Source: Minisyncoccota bacterium (GTDB lineage Bacteria; Patescibacteriota; Minisyncoccia; Phycocordibacterales; GWA1-40-21). Taken from it: a DNA stretch of 64,000 nt. A program made the translations under genes and the position numbers. How positions within the stretch are numbered: position 1 is the stretch's first letter; each line of letters opens with the position of its first letter. Shown piece after piece: positions 51,900 to 62,081 of this stretch. The notes below the pieces were generated by a model. That model made no database searches and had not been told where the DNA came from. It saw only the letters and a program-made list of their open reading frames with translations. The stretch lies in the NCBI GenBank assembly GCA_041663045.1, contig JBAZRH010000001.1, positions 84,403 to 148,402 of the forward strand, read 5' to 3'.

Positions 51900-51998
51900 G
51901 GCTTGCCCTTTCTTTGTGATGAACTACCACTACCTTAGAACTCCTAAGGTTTCTGCTATAAAGCGTAACAAATAATCAAATCACCGTCAAATCCCTCT

Positions 51999-53624
51999 TT
52001 ATTTCACCGGCAACGCCACAAAAAACCTCGCCCCCTTGCCTCTCCCATCGGATTCCGCCCAGATTTTGCCGGCGTGGTTTTCTACGATTTTCTTGACGAT
52101 ATATAAGCCGTAGCCGGTGCTGTTTACATTGTATTTTAGAGAGTCTTCACCCTTACCTCCTTCGGTAAAGAGCTTGGTCTTATCTTTCTCCGTAAAGCCT
52201 ATTCCTGTATCGCTCACCTCAAACACAGCTCTCTTTTTACCCTCCACCATAACCGCTTTTAGAGAAATAGTAAGCCCTCCGCTTGGCGTGTATTTGATAG
52301 AATTATCTATGAGATTTTTGAAAACTTGCGTGATCTGTATTTGGTCTGCCAAGACGACGACAGGTGTATCGGAAATATTTGTCTTCAGCGTAAGTCCTTT
52401 GTCGGCAAGCTCTTTTGCAAAGTTGGCACAGACATCTTTTACCACGAGAGAAAGGTCGACATCTTTTAGATTGTAAGCGACAGTCCCCTTTTTGTAGTTG
52501 GACGCGCCGAGAATATCTTGAATCATAGTGACGGCATTGTTGTCCGAAAGAAGCCCTTCTTTTGCCACCGCTTTCAATGTATCCGAGCTTTTTTCAAAAT
52601 CATCTTCCAGAATCCCCGCAAAAATCATCTTGCTCTTTGTAAAGAAACCCTTTAGCTGGTGAGAAATGAAATGTATAAGAGATGTTTGATTGTTATTAGC
52701 AATCTCCAGCTCCTCTCGCAAAGCAACTTCCTTTTTGACACTGCGGATAATGACAAGCCCAAGCCAGCCAGAAATCACAAGTGTCAGGGCGGTAAGTATC
52801 CTATTTACATCACTCTGAATGAAGAAGAATTCTGATCCAATAATAATAATCAAAGACCAAACAAGTGCCTGTGTGGCAAGGAGCTTAATATCAAATGCTT
52901 TGAATTTGACGATGATATAAGCGATAACTGCCAAAAAGATAGGCATGCCAGCCAATGCTATGAGTGACCAGTTATAACTTTCTACATAATCAGATATATA
53001 TAGTACAGCGAAATAAAAGGCTAAGAAAAAAGCGATACCAATAAAGAATATTGTGTTTTTAAGACGATTTTGTCTTAAGATCTTAAAAAAGCTTACTATA
53101 TATGAATAGATAATCAAACACATGTAAAATATATCTGCAAAGGGTACAAAACGATTTATGACATTTGAGTTTTCATTTGCTTGGCAAAGTATTGTGTCGT
53201 AATTTTGTAAGACCATTCCCATGACTGTAAAATAGAAAATGGGCAAAATTGGGATTAGTAATATTAGGTTTGTCCCTAAAGATATCTTTTTATTAAAGAA
53301 GAATATGTAGGTGAAATTGAAAGATAGAAAGAAAAACGATACCTCAAGGAGTTCCATTACTGACCATACAAACATGGTTAATGAACCGTTATAACACATG
53401 ATCCAAGTTATTAGATCTATTATTACCCAAACAACAAATATAATAACCATGGTAGAAAAATACCTTGATAAGATATCTTTTTTATTCTTAATTAAGATAA
53501 AGAGAGCAAAAAAAATACTTATTAATATAACTGGCAAGTGTGAATAGTAGACCAATACAACTGGGATTTGTTCCTGAAGAGCTTGCAAACAGCCTTGAAT
53601 ATTGGTGATATAATTAAAGATCAT
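51999..53624 (-). CDS. Multi-TM (HisKA_7TM-like) sensor histidine kinase
   Basis: Many N-terminal TMs; H box ISHQLK, N box NLIDNSIKY, DTGIG, TGYGLYI. Confidence 0.92.
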   Translation of the reverse strand: MIFNYITNIQGCLQALQEQIPVVLVYYSHLPVILISIFFALFILIKNKKDILSRYFSTMVIIFVVWVIIDLITWIMCYNGSLTMFVWSVMELLEVSFFFLSFNFTYIFFFNKKISLGTNLILLIPILPIFYFTVMGMVLQNYDTILCQANENSNVINRFVPFADIFYMCLIIYSYIVSFFKILRQNRLKNTIFFIGIAFFLAFYFAVLYISDYVESYNWSLIALAGMPIFLAVIAYIIVKFKAFDIKLLATQALVWSLIIIIGSEFFFIQSDVNRILTALTLVISGWLGLVIIRSVKKEVALREELEIANNNQTSLIHFISHQLKGFFTKSKMIFAGILEDDFEKSSDTLKAVAKEGLLSDNNAVTMIQDILGASNYKKGTVAYNLKDVDLSLVVKDVCANFAKELADKGLTLKTNISDTPVVVLADQIQITQVFKNLIDNSIKYTPSGGLTISLKAVMVEGKKRAVFEVSDTGIGFTEKDKTKLFTEGGKGEDSLKYNVNSTGYGLYIVKKIVENHAGKIWAESDGRGKGARFFVALPVK

Positions 53625-53663
53625 ATCCTATATTATATAAGATTCTACATGCAAAAGCAAAAC

Positions 53664-54458
53664 CTAGGTAAAGCTTTGTGGGTAGATAGATGGAGTTTTT
53701 GACAAATTGATAATTTCATCTAACCTTTCTCTTGGATACCCCCACCACTTAGGATTATTTTCATCACTGATTTCTTGCATCTTACATATTAGAGGCTTTT
53801 CACCAAACTTATCGTGTAAATATTCAAGTGCGGGTATTGCTATTTCATTTAGAAAAATGGATTCCTCACCATGATCCCTAAAATTGTCGAAAAGTATACC
53901 ATTGCAGATAAACAGAGCAAACATTTTTTTGTAGTATTCCTTAGCATACGGTCCATTTTTATGGAACCAAAGAGAAATGTCAAAGATATCCTTCATATTA
54001 TCAGGATAAAACGACTTCAAAAGTCTGTGATGAAAGGAAACCAATGATTCTCCCCATAGTGTATTAATGTCTGGTATTAATTTACCTTCACTTGTATCAA
54101 AATCTATGACTTTAAAGCTACGAGTGTTAACGTGCCCTTTTGAATCGGTGTTTAAATAAAATGACATTTTACCCAATGAATACTTATCTTCATTTATGGC
54201 CACGAATTTATCCTCTGTGTATTCAAATAAAATAGGTCTTGCATTAATTTTCTTAGTTTTTTCTAAAAAAATATCAAGCTCATAATCAGGAGTAAAAATG
54301 TTACGAAAAAGGGCCGCATTTATTTCACCACTTAACATTGGTTCTGGTATCTCCCCTAAGAAATCCGTGACTTTTTTCACAAGTTCCTTATCCCTTCTTC
54401 TTTCTTTCAAAATCCTAACTGCTTCCTCTGGCTCTGTATAAAAATCTTCAACTTTCAT
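53664..54458 (-). CDS. Hypothetical soluble protein, 264 aa
   Basis: Intact ORF between the speD-speE fusion and the kinase, same strand, short gaps; function not recognised. Confidence 0.75.
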   Translation of the reverse strand: MKVEDFYTEPEEAVRILKERRRDKELVKKVTDFLGEIPEPMLSGEINAALFRNIFTPDYELDIFLEKTKKINARPILFEYTEDKFVAINEDKYSLGKMSFYLNTDSKGHVNTRSFKVIDFDTSEGKLIPDINTLWGESLVSFHHRLLKSFYPDNMKDIFDISLWFHKNGPYAKEYYKKMFALFICNGILFDNFRDHGEESIFLNEIAIPALEYLHDKFGEKPLICKMQEISDENNPKWWGYPRERLDEIINLSKTPSIYPQSFT

Positions 54459-54475
54459 ATATGTCTTTACAAGAA

Positions 54476-55594
54476 TTATTTTTCAGCAATTATAAAACAA
54501 TTTTCTTCCCCGAAGCTTGGTATTAACACGTCTTCTTTGTTTACTTTTGAAAAAGTCTTTTTGGCAATTCTTTCTATGATTTTAGCTGTATCCAAGTGGC
54601 TTTTTGTGACAATTGAAGTCCCCGCCTGTATGGATAGCCAGCCGTCTTTGTTTAGGTGTGCCTTTATTAATGGAACAATTTGCTCAAAGAATCTAGTATA
54701 GTCTTCTGCGTAGGTATTATCAAACTCAAGAGCTGGATTGTCGGTCAAATCAGAGACGATACCATCTACCGAATTTCCTTTCACGGCCTTTAAATATTGT
54801 AGTGCATCACCAATGTATAATTTTACATTTGGATGATCAAATACTTTTTGTCCTAAATATTTTCTAGCGACATTCACTACTTCTACATCAAGATCTACAA
54901 TAGTTATCTTAAGGTCCGGATTAATCCTAAGGGCTTCTTCAGCCACATAGCCATCTCCCCCACCTAAGATTATTATTTCTTTGTCTGTCTTTGAAAGGCC
55001 TTTTAGTATAGCTCTATCATATAAGGTATGGTCTTTTTCCGAGGTTTGTATGAGATTGTCTATGATCATACAGCGGCCAAACTCTTCCGTATCGACAATT
55101 TCAATCTGCTGGAATGGAGATTTTATGTTTTCTACCCTTTTCGTTACGTGTATTACTTGTTCTGAACCGTCTTTATAAACAGCCATTTTTATAATAGGTT
55201 CATTTCCGTTTTTCTTTGAAATTAAATTATAAGTTCTATCTACGGTCTTTACAACCGCTTCTCTGTGACAAATCTTTTCAAGAATGTAGTCGACAATTTT
55301 CCTTGTCATCTTCTCACTTGAACAGCTATATATATCAATAGAAATATATTCGTGTTCAGGCCAGGAGTGAAATGACATATGTGAAGTCGATAACAAGAAG
55401 AAACCAGTTACTCCCTGTGGGTCAAAACTATAAAATGCGTGGTTAAGTATTTTTATATCCGTTCCATTGATTGATTCCATCAGCACCTTCTTGAGGAAGT
55501 CAGAAGAATTTATCTGCTTTCTATTACATCCAAAAAGATCCACAATGTAGTGGGTCCCGATAATTCTATTATCATCAAGCGATTTGTTTTTCAT
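54476..55594 (-). CDS. Fused pyruvoyl AdoMet decarboxylase (SpeD-like) - aminopropyltransferase (SpeE-like)
   Basis: GTHYIVD, FDPQGVTG, LSTSHMSFHSWPE, DIYSC; SPFQQI, ILGGGDG, IVDLD, GDA, SDLTD. Confidence 0.9.
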   Translation of the reverse strand: MKNKSLDDNRIIGTHYIVDLFGCNRKQINSSDFLKKVLMESINGTDIKILNHAFYSFDPQGVTGFFLLSTSHMSFHSWPEHEYISIDIYSCSSEKMTRKIVDYILEKICHREAVVKTVDRTYNLISKKNGNEPIIKMAVYKDGSEQVIHVTKRVENIKSPFQQIEIVDTEEFGRCMIIDNLIQTSEKDHTLYDRAILKGLSKTDKEIIILGGGDGYVAEEALRINPDLKITIVDLDVEVVNVARKYLGQKVFDHPNVKLYIGDALQYLKAVKGNSVDGIVSDLTDNPALEFDNTYAEDYTRFFEQIVPLIKAHLNKDGWLSIQAGTSIVTKSHLDTAKIIERIAKKTFSKVNKEDVLIPSFGEENCFIIAEK

Positions 55595-55597
55595 TAT

Positions 55598-55975
55598 CTA
55601 TTGTTTAGCTGATTCAATATCTGAAGCAATAATGCCTTCTATTTCTGTGCATGATTCAGAATCTGAAAGATTTTCTTCGCAATTTAGTTTTTCAGCCAAG
55701 CCTTTTGCATAAAGGTCTAAGATACAGGCGTCATCTTGCTTATCTCCACAGAATTTCTGTAATTCGCTGGCTTTGACTATGAATTTATTATAGTTTGTGT
55801 CGCTGTCTGTTGTACACACCTCTACCGTTGGATCACACTCTGTGTGTAAATATATATTATAATCAAGACGGATATAATAGCGTATAAAACTTACAATAAT
55901 AGCGACTAATATAAAAAACAAAACCAACAATATAATGTAATCAACTTTTGGCTTTTCTTCTCTTTTCTCCTGCAT
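55598..55975 (-). CDS. Membrane-anchored Cys-rich hypothetical protein
   Basis: Start trimmed to MQEKR (TATAAT 7 nt upstream); one TM then six Cys (CDPTVEVC...). Confidence 0.7.
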   Translation of the reverse strand: MQEKREEKPKVDYIILLVLFFILVAIIVSFIRYYIRLDYNIYLHTECDPTVEVCTTDSDTNYNKFIVKASELQKFCGDKQDDACILDLYAKGLAEKLNCEENLSDSESCTEIEGIIASDIESAKQ

Positions 55976-56052
55976 ACTTTGTATTATATTCCTTTTTATG
56001 AAAAGTAAAAGGGGCATCACTTGCGTGTGCCCCAGTTCTAGTCCCTTTCAGG

Positions 56053-56676
56053 CTAGGTTAGAAGTTTCCAAATCCAAACGAAACCAGCTTTTGCTACTCC
56101 GAAGAGGACGCCGTTTCTTGCACTCCAGTAAATGCAACCCACTAGTGTGCTCAAAACGAATACGGTGTAATCCTTGCCAGACAATCTTCCCCCAACCCTT
56201 CCACGAAGGATCGTTGTTGCCACAAACGAGTCTTCGACGATAGTTAGAAGGAAAAACGTTCCCAACCAGATAAGAATTCTGATTGAAAGACTGTAGAGAT
56301 CACGGTGATCTCTTGCTCTGGCCTTCACAAACCACTTGTCTGTGCGATCCCTCGTCTTCTTACTAAGAGTCTCAAAAGCATCAACGCCCAACCAGTCAAC
56401 TTCCTTTCTCTGATACCAAACCAGAAAGATAAAGTTGTTGATAAAGGCACTGATCGTCATCACGATAGACCCAATGACAATTCCTTTAACATTACCGAAG
56501 TGGTAGCTAAAGTATCCGATGACACCAAGCCAAATCGGATTGTCACAAACCCAGGTCCAGCATGAGTACAACCCGTAACCAGCCAAAATCCGTAACACTT
56601 TCTTCCAACTCTTGGAAGTGAGGTACAGAATGGCAACGCCGAGCATTATGCCAACGATATAAAGTGCGATTTTCAT
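56053..56676 (-). CDS. Orphan multi-pass membrane protein
   Basis: AAGGAGGT SD; TTGACA-N16-TATACT promoter at 56747-56774; GGGGCA...TGCCCC terminator at about 56007-56034. Confidence 0.75.
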   Translation of the reverse strand: MKIALYIVGIMLGVAILYLTSKSWKKVLRILAGYGLYSCWTWVCDNPIWLGVIGYFSYHFGNVKGIVIGSIVMTISAFINNFIFLVWYQRKEVDWLGVDAFETLSKKTRDRTDKWFVKARARDHRDLYSLSIRILIWLGTFFLLTIVEDSFVATTILRGRVGGRLSGKDYTVFVLSTLVGCIYWSARNGVLFGVAKAGFVWIWKLLT

Positions 56677-56889
56677 TCCGCACCTCCTTTTTTCTTTAAA
56701 TCATTGTGAAAGAACTTACTTTCCAAGAACACCTTGGATAACTACAAGTATAGCATATCTAAAGTATTTGTCAAGCTCACTTTCCAGAATAAAATCCTTC
56801 CAGACATCAACTTTTGGTCGATATCCAATAGATTGAGAAGAGGCAAAAGGTGATTTGTTTGTTCAAGTCGCCTTTTAAAATATAAAAAA

Positions 56890-58068
56890 CTATTTAATCT
56901 TTACAAAAAATCTCTTACCTTTCTGGATTATGTCACCCACTTTTACCGTGGCTTTTGGATCGGAGATTTCTGTCTGATTTATCTTTACACCGCCTTGCTC
57001 TATATTACGTCTTGCCTCTGCTCTTGAAGGGCAGAAACCAGCTTCTATCAAAACCGTGATAATGTCATTTACGGACGGCTTGAGCTCCTGCATTTCTGTT
57101 GGCACTTCTTTTTTTGAAAATGTGTTTACCCAATATTCCCCGGCTTTCTGTGCTTCTTTTTCTGAATGATAGAATTTGGTAAGCTCGAAGGCCAATTTCT
57201 TTTTTATATCACGAGGATTTACTCCGGATTCAAGCTCCTTTTTATATTGTTCGATAGTTGCCAAATCTACTCTTGTTGTAAAAGTAAAATATTTGATAAT
57301 CAATTCATCGCTAAGCGACATTGCTTTACCATACATATCATTTGGGGAATCAAAAAGATTGATAGTGTTGCCCCAGCTTGAGCTCATCTTTCTGCCGTCG
57401 AGGCCTTCTATAAGAGGGTTTAAGACGATATCTTGTGGTTCTTGTTTGTAGAGTCTTTGCAATTCCCTACCGGCTAGAATATTGAATGTCTGATCTGTGC
57501 CACCGACTTCAATGTCTGCTTCTGTCGCTACTGAATCATAGCCTTGCATAAGCGGATAGACGACCTCTCTCAACGAAACTCTTTTTCCTGTGTCGAGTCG
57601 CTTCTTTATATTTTCTCTTGATATAAAATCGCTGACAGAAAAAGCATTTGCTTGCATGCAGATTTCTTTGTAGCCGAGCTTGCCGAGCCATTTGCTATTG
57701 TAATAGATTTTGGCTTTTCTTAAGTTTAAGATTTTGCCGGCTTGCTTCGCATAACTTTTCATATTTTCTTTAACCTGCTTTTCTGAAAGCATCGGTCGCT
57801 CGCTTTCTTTGTCCGAAGTATCACCGATGACGCCGGTAAAGTCGCCGATAATGAGAATTATTTTGTGGCCGAGATTTTGGAAGTCGCGAAGTTTGAGGAG
57901 AGGGATGGACCTACCGAGGTGAATATTTGGACTCGTCGGATCTATGCCGTGCTTGATACGGAGAGTTTTACCACTTTTTAATTTTTTTGTGATTTTATCT
58001 TTGTCTATAACGCTTTCAACACCGCGTGTAAGAACCTCATTAATTTTTTCAGTGTCTGTGATTATCAT
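56890..58068 (-). CDS. tyrS: Tyrosine--tRNA ligase
   Basis: GIDPT, HLGR, YPLMQGYD, GGTDQ, KMSSS, C-terminal S4-like domain. Confidence 0.97.
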   Translation of the reverse strand: MIITDTEKINEVLTRGVESVIDKDKITKKLKSGKTLRIKHGIDPTSPNIHLGRSIPLLKLRDFQNLGHKIILIIGDFTGVIGDTSDKESERPMLSEKQVKENMKSYAKQAGKILNLRKAKIYYNSKWLGKLGYKEICMQANAFSVSDFISRENIKKRLDTGKRVSLREVVYPLMQGYDSVATEADIEVGGTDQTFNILAGRELQRLYKQEPQDIVLNPLIEGLDGRKMSSSWGNTINLFDSPNDMYGKAMSLSDELIIKYFTFTTRVDLATIEQYKKELESGVNPRDIKKKLAFELTKFYHSEKEAQKAGEYWVNTFSKKEVPTEMQELKPSVNDIITVLIEAGFCPSRAEARRNIEQGGVKINQTEISDPKATVKVGDIIQKGKRFFVKIK

Positions 58069-58252
58069 ATGCTTAAGATTATATCAAAGTCTATGAATAT
58101 TTCCACAATACTATAGGAATGTATCGTGCGGATGTATTATGTGAATGTATACATGTATCATGTGTATAAATACGTAAATAATAACGCGACCGCGTTCTTA
58201 TTTACGTATAGTCTTACCTAATCTTACCGGGACGTGAAGTACATAAGTAATA

Positions 58253-58296
58253 AAAGAAAAGGCGCCCCCACCTGTGCACAGGTGGGGGCGCCCTTT
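58253..58296 (-). terminator. dnaJ terminator (32-bp perfect palindrome)
   Basis: GGCGCCCCCACCTGTGCACAGGTGGGGGCGCC at 58261-58292 with T tracts on both strands. Confidence 0.75.
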
Positions 58297-58312
58297 CTGC
58301 TTTTTCTATTCT

Positions 58313-58381
58313 GTCATCCCGTACTTGATACGGGATCCAGGACATGAATCGAAGATGGATTCCGGCCTTCGCCGGAATAAC
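58313..58381. repeat. GTCAT...ATGAC-type REP/RPE-like palindromic element
   Basis: GTCATCCCGTACTTGATACGGGATCCA...TGGATTCCGGCCTTCGCCGGAATAAC; half copy TGGACTCCCGTATTCACGAGAATGAC at 59831-59856. Confidence 0.7.
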
Positions 58382-58391
58382 AATACTTCTC

Positions 58392-59483
58392 CTAGAACCC
58401 CTCCTCTTTCAATTTCTCCACCGCCTCTTTTGCCTCCCTTGAAAGCCTATGCGGAAGCTTAATATTGATTTTTACCAGCAAATCACCCCTTTTTGAGGCG
58501 GAAATAGGCACTCCTTTGCCCCTAATTCGCAAGATTTCGCCGTAGGCGACCCCTTCCGGAATCTTAAGCTCTATATCGCCATCCAAGGTTTTGAGGCTGT
58601 ATTTTGAGCCAAGTAGAGCGTCGGAAATCTTGATGTTTAATTCAGTCACAAGGTTCTTCCCCTCCTTTGAAAACAGTGGGTCAACTTTCACATGAATCTT
58701 GATATAGAGATCACCAGAGATACCACCCTTGAGGGCTTCGCCTCCACCAGATAGGCGGATCACTTGCTCGTCGTCAATGTCTGCTGGGATTTTAATCTCA
58801 AGCTCACTTTCTTTTTTCAATATTCCCGCACCACGACATTCAGCACACTTCTCTCTAGGAACTTTTCCAGAACCACCGCAATTGTCGCAGATTTTTTCTG
58901 TCGCAAAGTTTCCAAAGATGGATCTCTTTGTTTCGCGTACTCTTCCGTGTCCATTGCAAACCGAACATTTTTCCATGCCAGTGCCTCTTTTTGCACCAGT
59001 ACCATCACAAGTATTGCATTTTGAAGTTTTCGTTAGTCGAATCTTCTTCTCGGCGCCAAAGATTGATTCGCTGAAAGAAATTTCCATATCAACAGAAATA
59101 TCCCTTCCTTTTTTCGGTGCACGTCTCGCACCTCCGCCAAAAATGTCTCCAAAGATATCTCCTAAGTCAAAATCAAAACCTTGTCCACCAGCCTGATTTT
59201 GAAAACCGGAAAAATCAAAACCAAAATCGCCAAAGCCACCTTGGCCGAAGCCGCCCGCACCTCTGCCACTGCCGGCAGGTCCTGCGCTTCCGTATGTGTC
59301 GTATTGTTGTCGTTTTGTATCATCGGAAAGTACCGAATAGGCCTCGCTTGCCTCTTTGAATTTTTCCTGATTTCCACCCTTATCCGGATGATGCTCGTGA
59401 GCGAGCTTTCTAAACGCTTTCTTAATGTCTTCTTTGGAAGCGTTTCGTTCAAGGCCTAATGTTTTATAGTAGTCTTTTGACAT
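58392..59483 (-). CDS. dnaJ: Chaperone DnaJ
   Basis: J domain HPD, G/F region, four CxxCxGxG. Confidence 0.98.
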   Translation of the reverse strand: MSKDYYKTLGLERNASKEDIKKAFRKLAHEHHPDKGGNQEKFKEASEAYSVLSDDTKRQQYDTYGSAGPAGSGRGAGGFGQGGFGDFGFDFSGFQNQAGGQGFDFDLGDIFGDIFGGGARRAPKKGRDISVDMEISFSESIFGAEKKIRLTKTSKCNTCDGTGAKRGTGMEKCSVCNGHGRVRETKRSIFGNFATEKICDNCGGSGKVPREKCAECRGAGILKKESELEIKIPADIDDEQVIRLSGGGEALKGGISGDLYIKIHVKVDPLFSKEGKNLVTELNIKISDALLGSKYSLKTLDGDIELKIPEGVAYGEILRIRGKGVPISASKRGDLLVKINIKLPHRLSREAKEAVEKLKEEGF

Positions 59484-59568
59484 TTTTGATTAATTTTAAT
59501 GATTTGACAATTCTTCTGTTATATGATACCCTTTGATTACTGATACGATTCAGAAGGGAGTGTTCAGT

Positions 59569-59760
59569 ATGAAGAATAAAACGATAGTTGTTGTAAGCCC
59601 CGAAGCATATCATAAAGGGATGTTGATTGGTGGAATCTTTGTTCTGGTTGTTGCTATCGTTATCGCAATCATGAACAAAGTTTCGTATCCAATCTACGGC
59701 CCGCTTGGGGTCTTGGCTGGTGTAGTCGGCGCTCATCTTCTTCGCAGGAGATTCAGCTAA
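59569..59760 (+). CDS. 63-aa two-TM orphan protein
   Basis: AAGGGAG SD, TTGACA-N17-TACCCT with extended TG, CGAGGTCG...CGACCTCG-T6 terminator at about 59781-59812. Confidence 0.7.
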   Translation: MKNKTIVVVSPEAYHKGMLIGGIFVLVVAIVIAIMNKVSYPIYGPLGVLAGVVGAHLLRRRFS

Positions 59761-59881
59761 CCATACCAGCTCGCCTGTGTCGAGGTCGTCCATGTGGCGA
59801 CCTCGTTTTTTTATTTAATTTTTAATTTCCTGGACTCCCGTATTCACGAGAATGACAGAGGAGAAATAAGTAAGCGAGCGA

Positions 59882-59976
59882 AGTACCAGGCTTTTTGGAG
59901 ACTCTCGGAAGGCGACGGCCTGAGAGGGAGCAAATTTTTAGCGAAAAATTATGCGTGCTCCAAAAAGTCTGGTATT
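59882..59976 (+). repeat. Structured intergenic repeat, copy B
   Basis: Stem AGTACCAGGCTTTTTGGAG/CTCCAAAAAGTCTGGTATT enclosing a variant core. Confidence 0.8.
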
Positions 59977-59986
59977 GAGCGAGCCT

Positions 59987-61885
59987 CTATTTCTTCTCTT
60001 CCCCACCCTTCTCCTTAAACTCCGCGTCCTTCACATTATCTTCTTTCTTCTCTGTTGCCCCTTGCTGGCCGGCTTGATCTTTCTGCGCTTTTGCCATCGC
60101 TTCACCTATCTTTTGCATCTCGGCTGAAAGGGCTTCTGTCGCTGTTTTTATCGCAGCTGAATCCGTGCCGTTTTTGGCAGTCTTCAAAGCGGAAATCTTA
60201 TCTTCCACACCTTTTATAATTTCTGGTGTAATCTTTGCACCATTGTCTTTGATAGCTTTTTCTGCAGTGTAGATCATCTGGTCGGCAATATTTTTGACCT
60301 CCACTTCCTCTTTCTTTTTCTTATCTTCATCGGCGTGAAGCTCAGCTTCTTTTTTCATCTTTTCAATATCTTCTTTCTTGAGCCCTGAACTTGCCTCGAT
60401 TCTGATACTCTGCTCTTTATTTGTCGTTTTGTCTTTTGCTTTTACATTGAGTATTCCATTTGCATCGATATCAAAGGCGACCTCAACTTGTGGCATACCT
60501 CTTGGCGCAGGTGGTATTCCGTCTAGGATAAATTTACCGAGGCTTTTGTTGTCGCTCGCCATCGGTCTTTCACCTTGGACGATATGGATTTCTACAGAAG
60601 TCTGATTGTCTGCTGCTGTCGAGAATATCTGGCTTCTTGTTGTAGGGATTGTCGTATTCTTTTCAACCAAATGTGTTGCAACTCCGCCCATTGTTTCAAT
60701 ACCGAGTGATAGCGGAATAACATCAAGCAAGAGAACATCTTTGACATCTCCCCTCAAGATTCCTCCTTGTACTGCGGCACCGGCGGCGACGACCTCATCT
60801 GGATTCACAGACATATTCGGCTCTTTACCAAACAAATCTTTTACAGCTTTTACAATAGCTGGCATTCTTGTCTGACCTCCAACCATTATTATTTCTTGAA
60901 TTTCATTCATCTTGAATGGTGAAGCAGAAAGTGCTCTTTTTGTAATTTCTATCGATCTCTCAATCAAGTCCTTGATCAGGTTTTCCAAAGTCGCCCTTGA
61001 GAGTTTGATAAGCAAATGCTTTGGTCCGTCTGTGCCTGAAGTGACGAACGGAATATTGATTTCTGATTCGACAGCCGTTGAAAGCTCTATTTTGGCTTTT
61101 TCTGCAGCTTCGTCGAGCCTCTGAAGTGCAAGTGCATCTTTTCTCAAATCAATACCGTTTTCTTTTTGGAATTGTTCTGCCATCCAGTCAACGATTCTCT
61201 TGTCTATATCGCGACCACCGAGGTGTGAGTCCCCGTCTGTTGAGCGGACTTCGACGACGCTGTCGCCTATTTCAAGGATCGAGATATCGAATGTTCCACC
61301 TCCAAAGTCGTATACAGCGATTTTTTCATTTTTATTTTTATTGAGACCATATGCAAGAGCTGCGGCTGTCGGCTCATTTATTATTCTCAATACATTAAGC
61401 CCGGCAATCTGCCCAGCATCTTTTGTAGCTTGTCTTTGTGAGTCGTTGAAATATGCGGGAACGGTGATGACTGCGTCGGTGATTTTCTCACCGAGGCGAG
61501 CTTCTGCGTCATTCTTGAGTTTCTGCAAAATCATAGCCGAGATCTCCTCTGGCCTATAATTTTTTCCTGCCATGGCGACTTCTACTCCGCCGTTTGAGGC
61601 TTTCAAGACATCAAATGAAACGGATGCCTTATCTTTCTGCACTCCAGCATCGTCAAACTGATGACCCATAAAACGTTTTATCTGAAAGATTGTGTTTTTT
61701 GGATTTGTGACGGCTTGGCGTCTTGCAAGAAGACCAACAAGTCTTTCACCTGTCTTTGTCGTTGCGACTATAGACGGCGTTGTCCTCGCACCCTCTGCGT
61801 TTTCTAAGATTTTTGGAGCATTACCTTCCATAACCGCAACGGCTGAAAAGGTTGTCCCTAAGTCTATACCGATTATTTTACTCAT
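59987..61885 (-). CDS. dnaK: Chaperone DnaK
   Basis: [43 protein letters not shown]. Confidence 0.99.
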   Translation of the reverse strand: MSKIIGIDLGTTFSAVAVMEGNAPKILENAEGARTTPSIVATTKTGERLVGLLARRQAVTNPKNTIFQIKRFMGHQFDDAGVQKDKASVSFDVLKASNGGVEVAMAGKNYRPEEISAMILQKLKNDAEARLGEKITDAVITVPAYFNDSQRQATKDAGQIAGLNVLRIINEPTAAALAYGLNKNKNEKIAVYDFGGGTFDISILEIGDSVVEVRSTDGDSHLGGRDIDKRIVDWMAEQFQKENGIDLRKDALALQRLDEAAEKAKIELSTAVESEINIPFVTSGTDGPKHLLIKLSRATLENLIKDLIERSIEITKRALSASPFKMNEIQEIIMVGGQTRMPAIVKAVKDLFGKEPNMSVNPDEVVAAGAAVQGGILRGDVKDVLLLDVIPLSLGIETMGGVATHLVEKNTTIPTTRSQIFSTAADNQTSVEIHIVQGERPMASDNKSLGKFILDGIPPAPRGMPQVEVAFDIDANGILNVKAKDKTTNKEQSIRIEASSGLKKEDIEKMKKEAELHADEDKKKKEEVEVKNIADQMIYTAEKAIKDNGAKITPEIIKGVEDKISALKTAKNGTDSAAIKTATEALSAEMQKIGEAMAKAQKDQAGQQGATEKKEDNVKDAEFKEKGGEEKK

Positions 61886-62081
61886 AGTTAATATTTAATT
61901 TAAAATTAATATAAAGTGTTCCCTTTATATCGCCTGCCTCGGTTCGGAAATAAAAAAGATTACTCTTTTATTTCGCTCACCTTACGTTGGCGATAACATC
62001 CAAATTTTAAATTACCATATTTAAAAATCTGGATTAGATAGATTACAGCAGAAATTTCCTTCGGAAATTTCTGCTTCATTA

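Noticed and set aside
51742-51930. 62-aa ORF from the track as the rSAM partner
   Set aside because: It runs through the terminator hairpin and has no peptide-like features; the alternative frame 51801-51899 has an RBS, stops before the hairpin and carries the Cys motif
58069-58300. T-box upstream of tyrS (also checked trpS)
   Set aside because: No GGTGGNACC antiterminator; the GGTGGGGGCGCC string belongs to the dnaJ terminator palindrome
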